This document shows positions 10,610 through 20,866 of a DNA stretch of 64,000 nucleotides, one piece after another. Below the pieces are notes generated by a model. The model made no database searches. It was not told where the DNA came from and saw nothing but the letters and a program-made list of their open reading frames with translations. Both the position numbers and the translations under genes were made by a program. Each line of letters opens with the position of its first letter. Within the stretch, counting starts at the first letter, position 1. Source of the stretch: a virus (lineage: Duplodnaviria; Caudoviricetes); IMG/VR virus record IMGVR_UViG_3300037067_008519, positions 1 through 64,000 of that record; one strand, written 5' to 3'.

Positions 10610-11341
10610 CTAGCGGATTGACCAGAATATTGAGCACCAGTTTTCCATATATACAGGTTTCCACAGGTTATAGTTTCCACTTACTTGCTCAGGTGTCCAA
10701 GGAGCATACCCAGAAGTAGTAAGTAGGTTGTAAAAGAAATAATTTGTAGCTTCTGCGAAACTGCTGCCATTGAACCGCATACCATAAGGGTCATGTCCCG
10801 TAAGTCCAAAGCATTCCCAATTTTCACAAATTGCTGCGGCGGGGGCGTGACGGTAATCCATATTATATCGTAGAGCCGAAGTAACCATTAACCATCCCGC
10901 ATTTGCGGGGGGCCAAGGATAACCACTAGCTATAGAAAAATTCTCTAGCCAATTCTGGCAACGCTCCGAATGAAACAGAACCATACAAAAATATGCTTGG
11001 TCAGCATTGAGATTAGTCTGCGGAGGTTGAAAATTTCTTCCATCCACAGCATTGAAATACAAAGCGAATCCATTCTGCCACGCTACCTGTTCATCAGAGG
11101 AAAATCTATAAAATGGTCCTCCCCAATCATAATCTACGCAATTAGTTGAGAAATCAGGCATGGGGTCAATTGGTCTAGTTTCTGCTACTTTAACTTCTTT
11201 AACTTCCGCATGAGCTTTACAAGCCATTGAACTAAAAATCAAAAATATCATAAAAACACATAACAAAAACCCTATTAACTTCTTCAAGATATTAATCCCT
11301 TTCTTTCTTCTTATACCACTTACTGAAGGTGTCTCCAGCAA
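10610..11341 (-). CDS. Exported/membrane-anchored protein, possible lysozyme-like fold
   Basis: Signal-like KKLIGFLLCVFMIFLIFSSMACKAHA; C-terminal ALRYNMDYRHAPAAAICEN...HDPYG resembles lysozyme/glucosaminidase-like domains. Confidence 0.45.
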   Translation of the reverse strand: MLETPSVSGIRRKKGINILKKLIGFLLCVFMIFLIFSSMACKAHAEVKEVKVAETRPIDPMPDFSTNCVDYDWGGPFYRFSSDEQVAWQNGFALYFNAVDGRNFQPPQTNLNADQAYFCMVLFHSERCQNWLENFSIASGYPWPPANAGWLMVTSALRYNMDYRHAPAAAICENWECFGLTGHDPYGMRFNGSSFAEATNYFFYNLLTTSGYAPWTPEQVSGNYNLWKPVYMENWCSIFWSIR

Positions 11342-12190
11342 CCGAATACTTAATAATAGATTTTACCAACCTCCCCTTTTCCAATTCTGACAAATCCTCT
11401 AGCAGTTTTTTATTAGCTTTCCAAGCCGCAGCGGGGGTTTTTCTATATTCCCTCGGCCCGCCAAGGTCAAGGATGAAAACTGACAAAGTAGCCGTTACAT
11501 TCATAAAATCTGGATTTATCAATCCCTCATAAGTAAACATCTTATAATCTTCTATTAATTCTGGTTTTACAAACTCTTCTAGTCCAGAAAGATTATTAGA
11601 TTTCATTTTACTTTCCTTATCATACCCTTACTATCTACCTCTACTAAATTCCCCAGTTTTATGTCTTCAGCAGCAGTTCCTAGAATAATATTTGGCTCTT
11701 TTACTTCTTCCCAATTTAATATTCTAATTCTATCAGAATTGATTAATCCCCTATCAGACAAATTTTCTATCCAAACCAACCCTTCATCCCTACACCTAAA
11801 AACACTAAACCAAATTTGACGATCAGATAGAGGATATTTGAAATACCTCTCAGGAATTTCAAAAGTTACATTTACCCTTCGCATTTTTCCTCCTTGGGAA
11901 ACTCTAAAATTTTTCCGTTAGCAACATTTGTATCAGATGAAATTCTAAATGTCAAGTTTTTATTTCGCAACTTTAATAGTTTTACTTTTAGAATATCCCA
12001 TTTACTAAGTTCTATTGAACCCGGTTTAGTTATTTCACCCGTTCTAAGAATAGAGGTTGGCCCCCTAACAGATTTGATTTTAACTCTTGCAATTCTTTTA
12101 TTATTTTTATAGAATTCAATTGTGCTTTCTCTGGGATAGCTTCTAAACATAAAAATATCTTCCTAGAATTATTATAGATTTCTTGATGCT

Positions 12191-12219
12191 ATTATTTCAC
12201 ATCTTATCCAAAAAGTCAA
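12191..12219 (-). promoter_or_regulatory. Leftward sigma70-type promoter
   Basis: TTGACT-N17-AATAAT. Confidence 0.6.
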
Positions 12220-12241
12220 GTTTTTAGCAGCCATTAAAAAG

Positions 12242-12271
12242 TTGACAAATTGGGTTGTTTCTGTATATGAT
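12242..12271 (+). promoter_or_regulatory. Rightward sigma70-type promoter (divergent pair)
   Basis: TTGACA-N18-TATGAT upstream of the 12310 operon. Confidence 0.6.
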
Positions 12272-12309
12272 ACATAAATAGTAATCAACTCATTCAGAAA
12301 GGAGTAAAA

Positions 12310-12543
12310 ATGAAACAAGTAAAAATGTCAACAGCAATCTTAACGCCGTCTTTTGATAATTCAGTTTTAGTCAAATGCCCAAGTTGCAAGAATGTATTAT
12401 CTTTCGAGGAAGACCCTTTTGAAGTAGATGAAATCGGTTGGTGTAAGAGATGCAGAAAGAATGTTTACATTCCTTGGGAAGAATATCTCAAAAAGGGAGG
12501 ATATGTAAGGAAATATGATGATAACGATTACTACGAATTTTAA
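12310..12543 (+). CDS. Zinc-ribbon protein
   Basis: CPSC and CKRC; AAGGAG RBS. Confidence 0.65.
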   Translation: MKQVKMSTAILTPSFDNSVLVKCPSCKNVLSFEEDPFEVDEIGWCKRCRKNVYIPWEEYLKKGGYVRKYDDNDYYEF

Positions 12544-13279
12544 AATATTTGCTTTATCTGATCTCCATCTTTCTTTTGCAAAGCCAAAACCAATGAACAA
12601 GTTTGGACCTCAATGGGAGGGACACCCCGAGATAATAGAGAAAAGGTGGAATAAGATAGTAGGAAAAAATGATATTGTATTGATTGCTGGCGATATTAGT
12701 TGGGCTTCAAAATTAGATACAGCTTTAATTGATCTTTTCTTCATAGATAAATTGAATGGGATTAAAATATTTGTTAAAGGCAACCACGATTTTTGGTTCA
12801 AAGGAATTCAGAATATTCGGAAGGTATTGAAAGATACTTCTCTTTATCCCCTTAGAAATGATTGCATAGTAATTAATAATATTGGAATAGTGGGAACTAA
12901 GGGTTATAACCTTGATAGAATAACGGGATTAGGAATAAGAAACCTAGACAATTTTAATTCTAGTCATTTCTTAAAAGAGAAGAACCGTCTAGATTTATCA
13001 ATTCAAGATGCCAAGAAAAAAAATGTAGAAAAGATTATAGCTATGCTTCATTATCCACCTTTTAAAACAATTCAAGGGGGATCTACTCCGTTGACCAAAA
13101 CACTTTCCAAAGCGGATGTTAAAGATTGTGTATATGGACACATTCACACAGAGATTCACCAAAGTAAGTGTTTTCAAGGTAAATTAGATAGAGTAAACTA
13201 TCATATGACTAGTTGTGATTACCTAAAATTTCAACCAAAATTAATAGTTGATAATTTAAAGGGTTTTGGTGTTATTTAA
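12515..13279 (+). CDS. Metallophosphoesterase (calcineurin-like)
   Basis: SDLH, GDISW, GNHD, LHYPP and YGHIH motifs. Confidence 0.9.
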   Translation: MMITITTNFKIFALSDLHLSFAKPKPMNKFGPQWEGHPEIIEKRWNKIVGKNDIVLIAGDISWASKLDTALIDLFFIDKLNGIKIFVKGNHDFWFKGIQNIRKVLKDTSLYPLRNDCIVINNIGIVGTKGYNLDRITGLGIRNLDNFNSSHFLKEKNRLDLSIQDAKKKNVEKIIAMLHYPPFKTIQGGSTPLTKTLSKADVKDCVYGHIHTEIHQSKCFQGKLDRVNYHMTSCDYLKFQPKLIVDNLKGFGVI

Positions 13280-13281
13280 TA

Positions 13282-13533
13282 GTGGGAGGTTTAAAAATGG
13301 AAGATGGAATGTTGTCAAGAGAAGATGTTATGAGTACAGAAGAAAAATATAATAAAAAAGAAGTATACCAGCTTGTTCGCTGTGATTATTGTGGTCGTCT
13401 TATCCTTAAAGGATACGAAGAAAGAGTAGAGATAATGGGAAATGCAGAATGGCCTTATCTCTCTTATGATGCTTACCTTTGCCCAAAATGTTATGAAAAA
13501 GCTATTATGGTAGATTTTTACATGTGTGATTGA
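13282..13533 (+). CDS. Small Cys-rich protein
   Basis: CDYC and CPKC. Confidence 0.6.
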   Translation: MGGLKMEDGMLSREDVMSTEEKYNKKEVYQLVRCDYCGRLILKGYEERVEIMGNAEWPYLSYDAYLCPKCYEKAIMVDFYMCD

Positions 13534-13537
13534 ATTT

Positions 13538-13611
13538 TGGGGCATCGTCTAGTAGTAAGACACCAAATTTTCACTCTGGAAAGGAAGAAACATAACCTTT
13601 TTCTCCTGCCA
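13538..13611 (+). pseudogene. Degenerate tRNA-like gene, anticodon TTC
   Basis: 74-nt cloverleaf spacing with intact D arm GTCT/AGAC, anticodon arm CCAAA-TTTTCAC-TCTGG and terminal GCCA; T loop is AACATAA and the acceptor stem is mismatched. Confidence 0.6.
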
Positions 13612-14087
13612 ATAAATTTAAGGAGGTATAAGTGATAACAACAAAACAAAAGAGAGATACTATACCAATTGAAAATATGAAACTTTTACTAGAAATCCTC
13701 TTTACTACTAGGTCGGAAAGTGTTAGAATAGGTAAGGAAGATTGGATGCTCGGCTATTGTGATGCTCTTTTTGATGTAGCCAACGAAATAAGTAAGGAAA
13801 AATTCATAAATGGGTGAGGGAAAGAAATTTGAAAATACCAAATGAGATTAGGAAAGCAACAAAAGAAGAAATAGAGACTATTGCTAAGACTATTCAAGGC
13901 TTAATGGAAGGATTAATGGAAGGTACTATAGAGATTTTGGATCATCCTTACTTTGAGAATTGCCAATGTCCCGAATGCCGGGAAGCCAGAGGAAAATATA
14001 GTGGAAAAGAAAAAAGAACCAGATAAAATAAATAAAATAGATAAAAATAAGAAAATATATAATAGGAAAAGGAAGGAGGAATGACAA

Positions 14088-14342
14088 ATGAGTTGGGAGA
14101 TTTGTCCGGTATGTAATGGAAGGGGATTGGTCCCTGCTGGATTCTATAATGTAGGCTCTAAAATAGATTATACTTATAGAGGAACAACTACTGGTTGCAG
14201 TAGTCCAAAACCAGAAACTTGTAGGACTTGTAAAGGAAGGGGAGTTCTTTATTCTTATAATCATATTCCTAAATATGATTATGAAACTGTTTCAGTAAAA
14301 TGTAATCCTAATAATCCTAAATTTGACTATACTATTTATTAA
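14088..14342 (+). CDS. DnaJ-like zinc-finger protein
   Basis: CPVCNGRG and CRTCKGRG. Confidence 0.65.
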   Translation: MSWEICPVCNGRGLVPAGFYNVGSKIDYTYRGTTTGCSSPKPETCRTCKGRGVLYSYNHIPKYDYETVSVKCNPNNPKFDYTIY

Positions 14343-14357
14343 AAAAGGAGGTTAGAT

Positions 14358-14666
14358 ATGAACCCTACAGAAATTATCGGAATTGGGGTAGCTGGAATAC
14401 TTTTCTTTATTGGGATACTTCGTACAGCTTTTCCTAATATTCCTAGTAAGTTTATTCCCCTTATATCTTTTATATTAGGAATTGGCCTTGCAGTAGCAGT
14501 AGGATTAACTAATCATGTAAACATTATTACACTTATTCTTAGTGGTCTTCTTCCTGCGCTTGGGGCATCTGGAACCCACAGCACTTATAACACTTTAACA
14601 TCAAAAGACGGTACTGTAGTTGCGGCCCCCAGTAATCCTCAGATACCTGCATCCACGGTAGAATAA
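14358..14666 (+). CDS. Putative holin
   Basis: About 100 aa with three hydrophobic segments; IPSKFIPLIS...GASGTHS pattern typical of small holins. Confidence 0.6.
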   Translation: MNPTEIIGIGVAGILFFIGILRTAFPNIPSKFIPLISFILGIGLAVAVGLTNHVNIITLILSGLLPALGASGTHSTYNTLTSKDGTVVAAPSNPQIPASTVE

Positions 14667-14678
14667 GAAAAAAACCAT

Positions 14679-14759
14679 GAGCCGGTGGTGGAATGGAATA
14701 CACGAAGGGTTTAAGCCCCTTTGCCGCAAGGCATGAGAGTTCGATCCTCTCCCGGCTTA
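14679..14759 (+). tRNA. tRNA-Leu(TAA)
   Basis: Acceptor GAGCCGG/CCGGCTT; anticodon arm AAGGG-TTTAAGC-CCCTT; long variable arm TGCC-GCAA-GGCA; T arm GAGAG-TTCGATC-CTCTC; discriminator A; CCA not encoded. Confidence 0.92.
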
Positions 14760-14768
14760 CGAAAACCA

Positions 14769-14790
14769 AAGCCCCCAGAAATGGGGGCTT
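14769..14790. terminator. Bidirectional terminator between convergent units
   Basis: AAGCCCCCA-GAAA-TGGGGGCTT. Confidence 0.75.
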
Positions 14791-14805
14791 CTTATATTTT
14801 TCAAA

Positions 14806-15159
14806 CTATATTCCTTCAAAATCTCGCATCAGCTTTTCATTAATTAAACTATCACAATAAGCTAAGAGATAAATTACTAGATAGAAATTGGTACTAGAGG
14901 TAAAGAAAAACTTGGTTAGTTTATGAGAATTTAAAGCATAATAAAGGGTTCGGAATCCCCCCGTAAAAAACCCCTCAAGCCATTCCACAGGTTTATCTTT
15001 TAGGTTCAAAGCATTATCAATATTTTTGATTACTTCTTCTTTTCTTTCTTCAGTAAGTGATTCCCAATTCTTATTTAAAGCTTCCCTCAATTGCAGAAGG
15101 GCTTCATCCTCACTTATTACATTATTGAAAGGAAATTGTTCTTCATTCATCGTATTCAC
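14806..15159 (-). CDS. Hypothetical protein
   Basis: ORF overlapping the end of the sigma factor gene. Confidence 0.6.
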   Translation of the reverse strand: MNTMNEEQFPFNNVISEDEALLQLREALNKNWESLTEERKEEVIKNIDNALNLKDKPVEWLEGFFTGGFRTLYYALNSHKLTKFFFTSSTNFYLVIYLLAYCDSLINEKLMRDFEGI

Positions 15160-15646
15160 CCCATACCTTCCTTATTTTTTTCAATTTATAAGCTACGGTG
15201 CTCTGTGCTATTCCTAAGTATTTTCCAATTTCTTCTTGAGTAAATCCTAACAGAAGCATTATAGCTACTTTTTTATCGTCTTCTTTTAATTTTTCATTTT
15301 CCATTAAGTCTTTAACAGAATGCCCACTGAAATCTTGGTAACAAAGAACACTATCGTTAGTAGGTTCCAAAGTAGTTTCTAGAATAGCATAAGAAGGGTT
15401 ATCTCTAGTTATATTTAAGAAATGATTAAAAATAGACCTATTAATAAATTTATTAATATCCACTTTAGAAAGATTTTCTAGCATCTTATTGTTTTCCAAT
15501 TTTCTTAAAGTAGAAAGTATTTTTAAATACCCCTCTTGCTTCAAATCTTCTTGATCTAGTGTAGTATAATAATGAAATTTCCACACCATATTCTCAAGAT
15601 ATCTTTCAAAATAATTTATATATTCAATTTTGGTTTTTTCATCCAC
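15143..15646 (-). CDS. Phage sigma70-family (ECF-sized) sigma factor
   Basis: Region 2 DQEDLKQEGYLKIL; region 4 HTH GFTQEEIGKYLGIAQSTVAYKLKKI. Confidence 0.85.
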   Translation of the reverse strand: MDEKTKIEYINYFERYLENMVWKFHYYTTLDQEDLKQEGYLKILSTLRKLENNKMLENLSKVDINKFINRSIFNHFLNITRDNPSYAILETTLEPTNDSVLCYQDFSGHSVKDLMENEKLKEDDKKVAIMLLLGFTQEEIGKYLGIAQSTVAYKLKKIRKVWGEYDE

Positions 15647-15662
15647 TCATTAGTTCCCTCCT

Positions 15663-16295
15663 TTATATTAATGCTGCCAATAGCCAATTAACTAAATAAT
15701 CTTGAACTTCTTTCCAAACTGAAAACCTCTTTAACATCTCTTCTTGTTCAAATTGGTTTACGCGAATATTCATTTGATGATATTCTTCAGTACAGAGATT
15801 GGTAAAAGATTTATGAGCATTGTCTTCTTTCTTATTATACTCATCTATAGTATACGTTCCTTCAGTAAATTTTAGATTATATTTAGCTAAGTTGGAAAAA
15901 TATTCTTTTTTATACCTCCTGCAAGCTTCTTCATACTCTCCCTGCTGTTCGGCTCTAAAACTATTAACTTCTTTATTATATTTTTCGGTAGCTTGCCAAT
16001 ATCTTTTCATTTGAGAAAACCAAGTATCAGTATAATTTTCCCCAATGCTGGATGGAAGAACTACTTTATCAAGAATGACTAGAATAATAGGGGTTTCCTT
16101 AGACCTCAATAAAGTACTAATCAAATTTTTATAGTCAGACCATTCTAAACTATTAATAGCATCAGCAAAGAAATCATACCAATAATTATGATAATAAACT
16201 ACCCTACTAGCAAAAGGGCACCATTCAGCTATCTTTGCTCGATATTTCCCAAATTGTATTTTATTAGTTTCCTCGGGTAGAATCTCCACTATCAT
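15663..16295 (-). CDS. Hypothetical protein
   Basis: 210 aa ORF in operon context. Confidence 0.7.
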   Translation of the reverse strand: MIVEILPEETNKIQFGKYRAKIAEWCPFASRVVYYHNYWYDFFADAINSLEWSDYKNLISTLLRSKETPIILVILDKVVLPSSIGENYTDTWFSQMKRYWQATEKYNKEVNSFRAEQQGEYEEACRRYKKEYFSNLAKYNLKFTEGTYTIDEYNKKEDNAHKSFTNLCTEEYHQMNIRVNQFEQEEMLKRFSVWKEVQDYLVNWLLAALI

Positions 16296-16463
16296 CCTCC
16301 AATAATTTATCTTGTTCTAGATTATTTACCTTTTCCATTAAAGCATTTACAGTTAAATTCAAAGCCCTAATAATCAAGGCTTGGCTATCCATTCTTTTAA
16401 CTATTTCTGTTAATAATTGTGTGATTAGGTCTATTTGTTTCTGTTCTTTCTTTTCTTTCAACA

Positions 16464-16994
16464 TTATTCCTCCTCTGGAAAATTTAATCTAGCAAACTCC
16501 CCAAATAGTTCTCTGGCTGCTTTATCGTATGCTCGGGCAGCATCAATCTCATTTTTATATCTTCCTACTCTTATTTTTAATTTACTATGTCGTATGTAGG
16601 TATCCCATATTGCATCTCTCTTGCACCAAGATACTCCTTTATAATAAGAAGAAGAATTTTTATATGTTCTTCCGTTTTGTTTATTTTCTTAATTGGTTAC
16701 TATTCTTAAATTATAATTCTGATTGTTTAGACCATTTAAATCAATATGGTCTACTAATTCCCAAAGTTCTAATTTTCTCCTTAGATGGTGCTCCATAATA
16801 GCTCTATGCATACGAACACTTTTCTTTTGTTTATAGGTTCTTCCATCTAAAAGGTATTCTTCTTTTCTTTCCATTCTGATAGCATAAAAAGTATCCCTAC
16901 TTTTTTGTGTATACCACTTCCATTGAGACAACCAATCAAAGTCTTCATCATCTACTAAGGTAACTTGATTTTGTGTTAATAGTATTTTCTTCAA
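16464..16994 (-). pseudogene. HNH-AP2 homing endonuclease with internal nonsense codon
   Basis: VDHIDLNGLNNQNYNLR is followed by in-frame TAA (16689-16691), then the same frame continues ENKQN...YKGVSW...EIDAARAYDKAARELFGEFARLNF. Confidence 0.85.
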
Positions 16995-16996
16995 TT

Positions 16997-17212
16997 TTAA
17001 TTACCAATTATCTTATCCATATTTTTTGGATAGAAAATATGTATAAATAGAAGAATAATAAGAGAATTCCAATATCCTATTTTGGGGGTTCCAAAAGCAA
17101 TAGCTAATCCCCAATTCCACATCACCATAAATAACCATCCTAGAAAAAAAACCAACCCAGCCAGGATTATGTAAGCATAATTTTGTGAAATAAAAGCTTT
17201 TATCTTTTTCAT
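16997..17212 (-). CDS. Small membrane protein
   Basis: Two hydrophobic segments; WNW...PKIGYW. Confidence 0.6.
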   Translation of the reverse strand: MKKIKAFISQNYAYIILAGLVFFLGWLFMVMWNWGLAIAFGTPKIGYWNSLIILLFIHIFYPKNMDKIIGN

Positions 17213-17673
17213 TTTAATCCCTCCAATAATTCAATATTCTCATGAATATTGCCGATGACCTCGATATCATAGAGAGTTGGTAACACGCAGAACTGGGGCG
17301 CATATCCCTTGGGAATAGAGAAGCGAACAGACCACCCCAGCATATCCTCTCGCCAGAAAACGGGAGAGATGAGTCGATATTCGTCAGTTGAGTATATGAA
17401 GCTGAGAACATCCCCCTCATAAATCTCTTTGCCATTCTTGTCACACAGGCTGGTAAATTGCATGAGTTGAAAGCGGTCGGCCTCGAAGCCAATTGCATGT
17501 TCGTGAAGTCCGTCTTTACCATTATCGCAGGAACTCTCAAGGCGTAGGTCACCGCCAAGACCCATACTCAGAAATTCCCACTCGTCGTTCCATACGCCCC
17601 CGTCATGCACGACACCATCCGTTATCATCTTCTTTTGGGCTGTATCCCATACTCGAAATTTAATTTCTCTCAT
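17209..17673 (-). CDS. YopX family protein
   Basis: MREIKFRVWD, MQFTSLCDKNGKEIYEGD, EVIGNIHEN. Confidence 0.9.
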   Translation of the reverse strand: MREIKFRVWDTAQKKMITDGVVHDGGVWNDEWEFLSMGLGGDLRLESSCDNGKDGLHEHAIGFEADRFQLMQFTSLCDKNGKEIYEGDVLSFIYSTDEYRLISPVFWREDMLGWSVRFSIPKGYAPQFCVLPTLYDIEVIGNIHENIELLEGLK

Positions 17674-18455
17674 TTGCGATTCTCCTTATACTCCCGATAA
17701 AACTTTTCAAACCACCCGTCGATATGGACAGTTCCCCATTTATCCTCAAATTTTTGCCGATTTTCCCATATATAGGAATTTCCTATTCTTTCTAACAAAG
17801 AACCATGTTGGGTTACTGAAGAATAATGATACACAAAAGAGTTTAGACATTTACCAAATTTGTACCCATTCTTAGCCATTCTGAGGAGATAGTCGCTATC
17901 TTCCCATTGCCCATATTTGAACCGCTCATCAAACAACCCTACCTTATCAAAGACTTCTTTTCTAAACATCCAAGGACCGTCTTTAGCCCAATCTTCTATT
18001 GGTGGAATTTCAGAAAAGGAAAATAGACTATCCTCATTAAAAAATTGTTCTTTACTCATATGACACGGCTCAATCAAGGAAGAAGATACCATTCCATAAT
18101 CTTCAAAATCCAAACATCTCAATAATGGTGACAACCAATTTTTCTTCGGAAGCATATCAGAATTCCATATACAAATATATTTTCCTTGTGCCTCCATAAT
18201 TGCTTCATTAACAGAAGGACCGAATCCATGTATCTTGTCCTCATGTCTAATAATTCTAAAATCAAAACCTAATAAATCTAAATATTGTTCTAAACAATCT
18301 TTAGTTTTATCAAGAGAATTATCATCTACAACAATAAACTCAATACCCTCTATACCTGTGTTTAATTCTATATTTGTGTTTAATTTAACATACCATAAAT
18401 GTTCTTTCATCATGTCCCAATGATCTAATGTGGGTGTTATAAATGTTATAATCAT
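17670..18455 (-). CDS. Glycosyltransferase family 2
   Basis: IVVDDNS, WNSD, FDERF, WEDSDY, VYHY; start adjusted to MIITFITPT. Confidence 0.88.
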   Translation of the reverse strand: MIITFITPTLDHWDMMKEHLWYVKLNTNIELNTGIEGIEFIVVDDNSLDKTKDCLEQYLDLLGFDFRIIRHEDKIHGFGPSVNEAIMEAQGKYICIWNSDMLPKKNWLSPLLRCLDFEDYGMVSSSLIEPCHMSKEQFFNEDSLFSFSEIPPIEDWAKDGPWMFRKEVFDKVGLFDERFKYGQWEDSDYLLRMAKNGYKFGKCLNSFVYHYSSVTQHGSLLERIGNSYIWENRQKFEDKWGTVHIDGWFEKFYREYKENRK

Positions 18456-19213
18456 TCTATATCTAGTCTTTCTTTCAAATATGTCCATCTGCTAGAATTA
18501 AGAGTGGTGTCTCTTAAATAATCAAGCCCAACTTTATTTATAGGATTTTCGGATAATTTCATAGGAAGAACTTCAGGATTTAATTTCTTAGCTATATCAT
18601 AAATACTGTGCTTACCTGTTCCTATATGCAAGATAGTACCATCAAGATAATAAAGAACATATTTGAAACATTTTGCTGCTTCCCAAATTTCTTTGGCTAT
18701 AATATCAATAGTGTCTCCAGAAAAATACTTATCTTCAAATGCCCTTTCCAAAGGAAAGTCTTTTATAAATGAAGTACGAATAATCAAATTTTTTCTTCCA
18801 GTAGTAATCGTGGCCTCTTCCCCTAAATACTTAGACATGGCATAAACACCAATAGGTTCTGGACAATCTTCTTCAGACCAAGCCCATTTATTTTTTCCTC
18901 CGAAAACATGATCTGTACTAATATAAATTACTGATTTTCCTCTTGCATTGAAAGCTCTTGCAACATTAAAAGCACCCAATACATTTGTTTTAAACGCCTC
19001 ATTTGGAAATTCTTCGCATTCACACACATCCGTCTTTGCAGCAGTATTAATTACCACAGAAAACTCATTTCTATGTTTATTAACCCAATCTTCTATATCA
19101 CAAAGATGTTGAACTCTAAAGTCTGTAGGTATAATATCATCCCCATAAAGTTCCATTAAAGTAGAACCAAGCCTGCCGGTAGAACCAATTAAAGCAATTT
19201 TGAGATTCGCCAT
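18452..19213 (-). CDS. RmlD-like NDP-4-keto-6-deoxysugar reductase
   Basis: GSTGRLG, AAKTDV, YISTDHVF, YAMSK. Confidence 0.85.
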   Translation of the reverse strand: MANLKIALIGSTGRLGSTLMELYGDDIIPTDFRVQHLCDIEDWVNKHRNEFSVVINTAAKTDVCECEEFPNEAFKTNVLGAFNVARAFNARGKSVIYISTDHVFGGKNKWAWSEEDCPEPIGVYAMSKYLGEEATITTGRKNLIIRTSFIKDFPLERAFEDKYFSGDTIDIIAKEIWEAAKCFKYVLYYLDGTILHIGTGKHSIYDIAKKLNPEVLPMKLSENPINKVGLDYLRDTTLNSSRWTYLKERLDIE

Positions 19214-20112
19214 TCTTCAATCATCTCCTTTAATTCTCCAATACTTAAAAACTCATTGTCTTTAGAATTGTAAGAGGGGGCATAGTCTTTATGTGGTTTT
19301 TTATTGATAGTTATATATCCTTTTGTTATTTCTGAAGATCTGGTCATTTCCTCAGTAGATACTAAAGTTTCATGTAATTTTTCTCCTTGAGTAATTCCTT
19401 TAATTTCATATTTTTTTTCAAAGGCTGCTGCCAAATCCATCAAACGCATAGAAGGGGATTTTTTTACTATAATACACCCTTTACCATCTAGTTTCCCATA
19501 TCCTAACCCATGATTTATGAGAGCTAATGCATCTTTAAGTGTAAGAACAAATCTAGTCATATCAGGATGTGTAATATTAATATCATCAGATTTATCCCAA
19601 ATTTCTACTACACTTCCTCTTGATCCAAAAATATTACCATATCTTACAACATTAAATCCAGCTTCAGTAAATATTCTTTCTTGTATCATTTTAGTTGCGC
19701 CATAAACATTTGCCGGTTCTACGGCCTTATCTGTGCTAATTGCCAAAACTTTACTTATGCCATATTCCTGAGCAAACTTAACAACATTAGCCGCCCCAAG
19801 TATATTAGTCCTCACCGCTTCCGTTGGAAATTGTTCTGCAACTTCAATCCTTTTTAACGCTGCCGCATGAATAATAGTATCAAAAGCTGCTCCAAAACAA
19901 TAATAATTTTTCTCATAATAGGTTCTTTGTAAATCATCATAATTAGATACATTTCCGATTACAAATTTAGCTTTAGGATATTTTTGTTTTAAAATAGCTT
20001 GTTTATACTCATCTCTTGAGATAATAATAAAATTCCATTCGTCATAATACTTCTCTAAAAGAGAAGTTCCTAAAGAACCTGTCCCACCAGTTATAAGAAC
20101 TTGTCTAAACAT
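19189..20112 (-). CDS. UDP-GlcNAc 4,6-dehydratase (PseB/FnlA-like)
   Basis: ITGGTGSLG, HAAALK, STDKA...YGATK, RYGNIFGSRGSV, MTRF, GEKLHETL. Confidence 0.9.
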   Translation of the reverse strand: MFRQVLITGGTGSLGTSLLEKYYDEWNFIIISRDEYKQAILKQKYPKAKFVIGNVSNYDDLQRTYYEKNYYCFGAAFDTIIHAAALKRIEVAEQFPTEAVRTNILGAANVVKFAQEYGISKVLAISTDKAVEPANVYGATKMIQERIFTEAGFNVVRYGNIFGSRGSVVEIWDKSDDINITHPDMTRFVLTLKDALALINHGLGYGKLDGKGCIIVKKSPSMRLMDLAAAFEKKYEIKGITQGEKLHETLVSTEEMTRSSEITKGYITINKKPHKDYAPSYNSKDNEFLSIGELKEMIEEWRISKLL

Positions 20113-20866
20113 TAGTCAATCTCTTCTCAAATTCCTCTACAGTCATTTTATTTTTATCTAAATATTTAATAAGTGCCTCGGGTAACAGCCCATTATAAGG
20201 GATCATCTGACGATCATCTAAAATTGTTTCTGGATTAGTACCATCATAAAAATGTTCCTGTCCTTCTAAATCAGAATAAAGCTTCCAGCGATTAAATACT
20301 GCTCTTTGAGACTTACTATAGCCAAGATGCATATAAAATAATTCAGTATCAAGAAAGGGAAATTCCGGTAAACCAAGAAGATACTCGTGTACTGGAGATA
20401 CCCATTTAATTTGCCCTACGGCATTTCTAAACATAAAAATCCTATGATAACGGGGGTCTTTCGCATCTTCTCCCTCATTATGTATATGCCTTAAATCTTT
20501 CAACATATGATAAAACCAACATTTCATAGTGTGCACTTTCTTATCAATCATCTCGGCAGCTATAGGTCTAATACTTTGTGCAAATTTTTCAAATAAAATT
20601 TCATCAGCATCAATTTTAATAATAAAGTCAGCATCATTACTATTAAACAAAACCATATTTCTTAGGTCAGAGAAATCTTGTGAAGCTGATTGAAGTAACT
20701 TAACCTTATCTGCAAATGGTTGGAGAGTTTCTATTGTGTTATCTGTTGATTCATTATCTAGTACCACTATTTCATCTACTGCATCATAGATAGAAGCTAT
20801 ACTAATAGGAAGAAGTAATTCTTCATTTTTTACTATCATGTTCGCAAAGATTACTGGTTCCCCCAT
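20105..20866 (-). CDS. Glycosyltransferase family 2
   Basis: MIVKNEE, LDNESTDNT, IDADE, VHE, HLGY; start adjusted to ATG 20866. Confidence 0.85.
   Translation of the reverse strand: MGEPVIFANMIVKNEELLLPISIASIYDAVDEIVVLDNESTDNTIETLQPFADKVKLLQSASQDFSDLRNMVLFNSNDADFIIKIDADEILFEKFAQSIRPIAAEMIDKKVHTMKCWFYHMLKDLRHIHNEGEDAKDPRYHRIFMFRNAVGQIKWVSPVHEYLLGLPEFPFLDTELFYMHLGYSKSQRAVFNRWKLYSDLEGQEHFYDGTNPETILDDRQMIPYNGLLPEALIKYLDKNKMTVEEFEKRLTNV

Larger units (their letters stand above)
4635..12150 (-). other. Array of roughly 25 small, tightly packed leftward phage genes, mostly hypothetical and many Cys-rich
   Basis: Abutting or overlapping minus-strand ORFs with GGAG-type RBSs, e.g. 6588-6902, 6899-7090, 7107-7304, 7734-7961, 8212-8454, 8699-8920, 8917-9354, 9535-9996, 9984-10316, 11292-11606, 11603-11884, 11872-12150. 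Confidence 0.8.
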
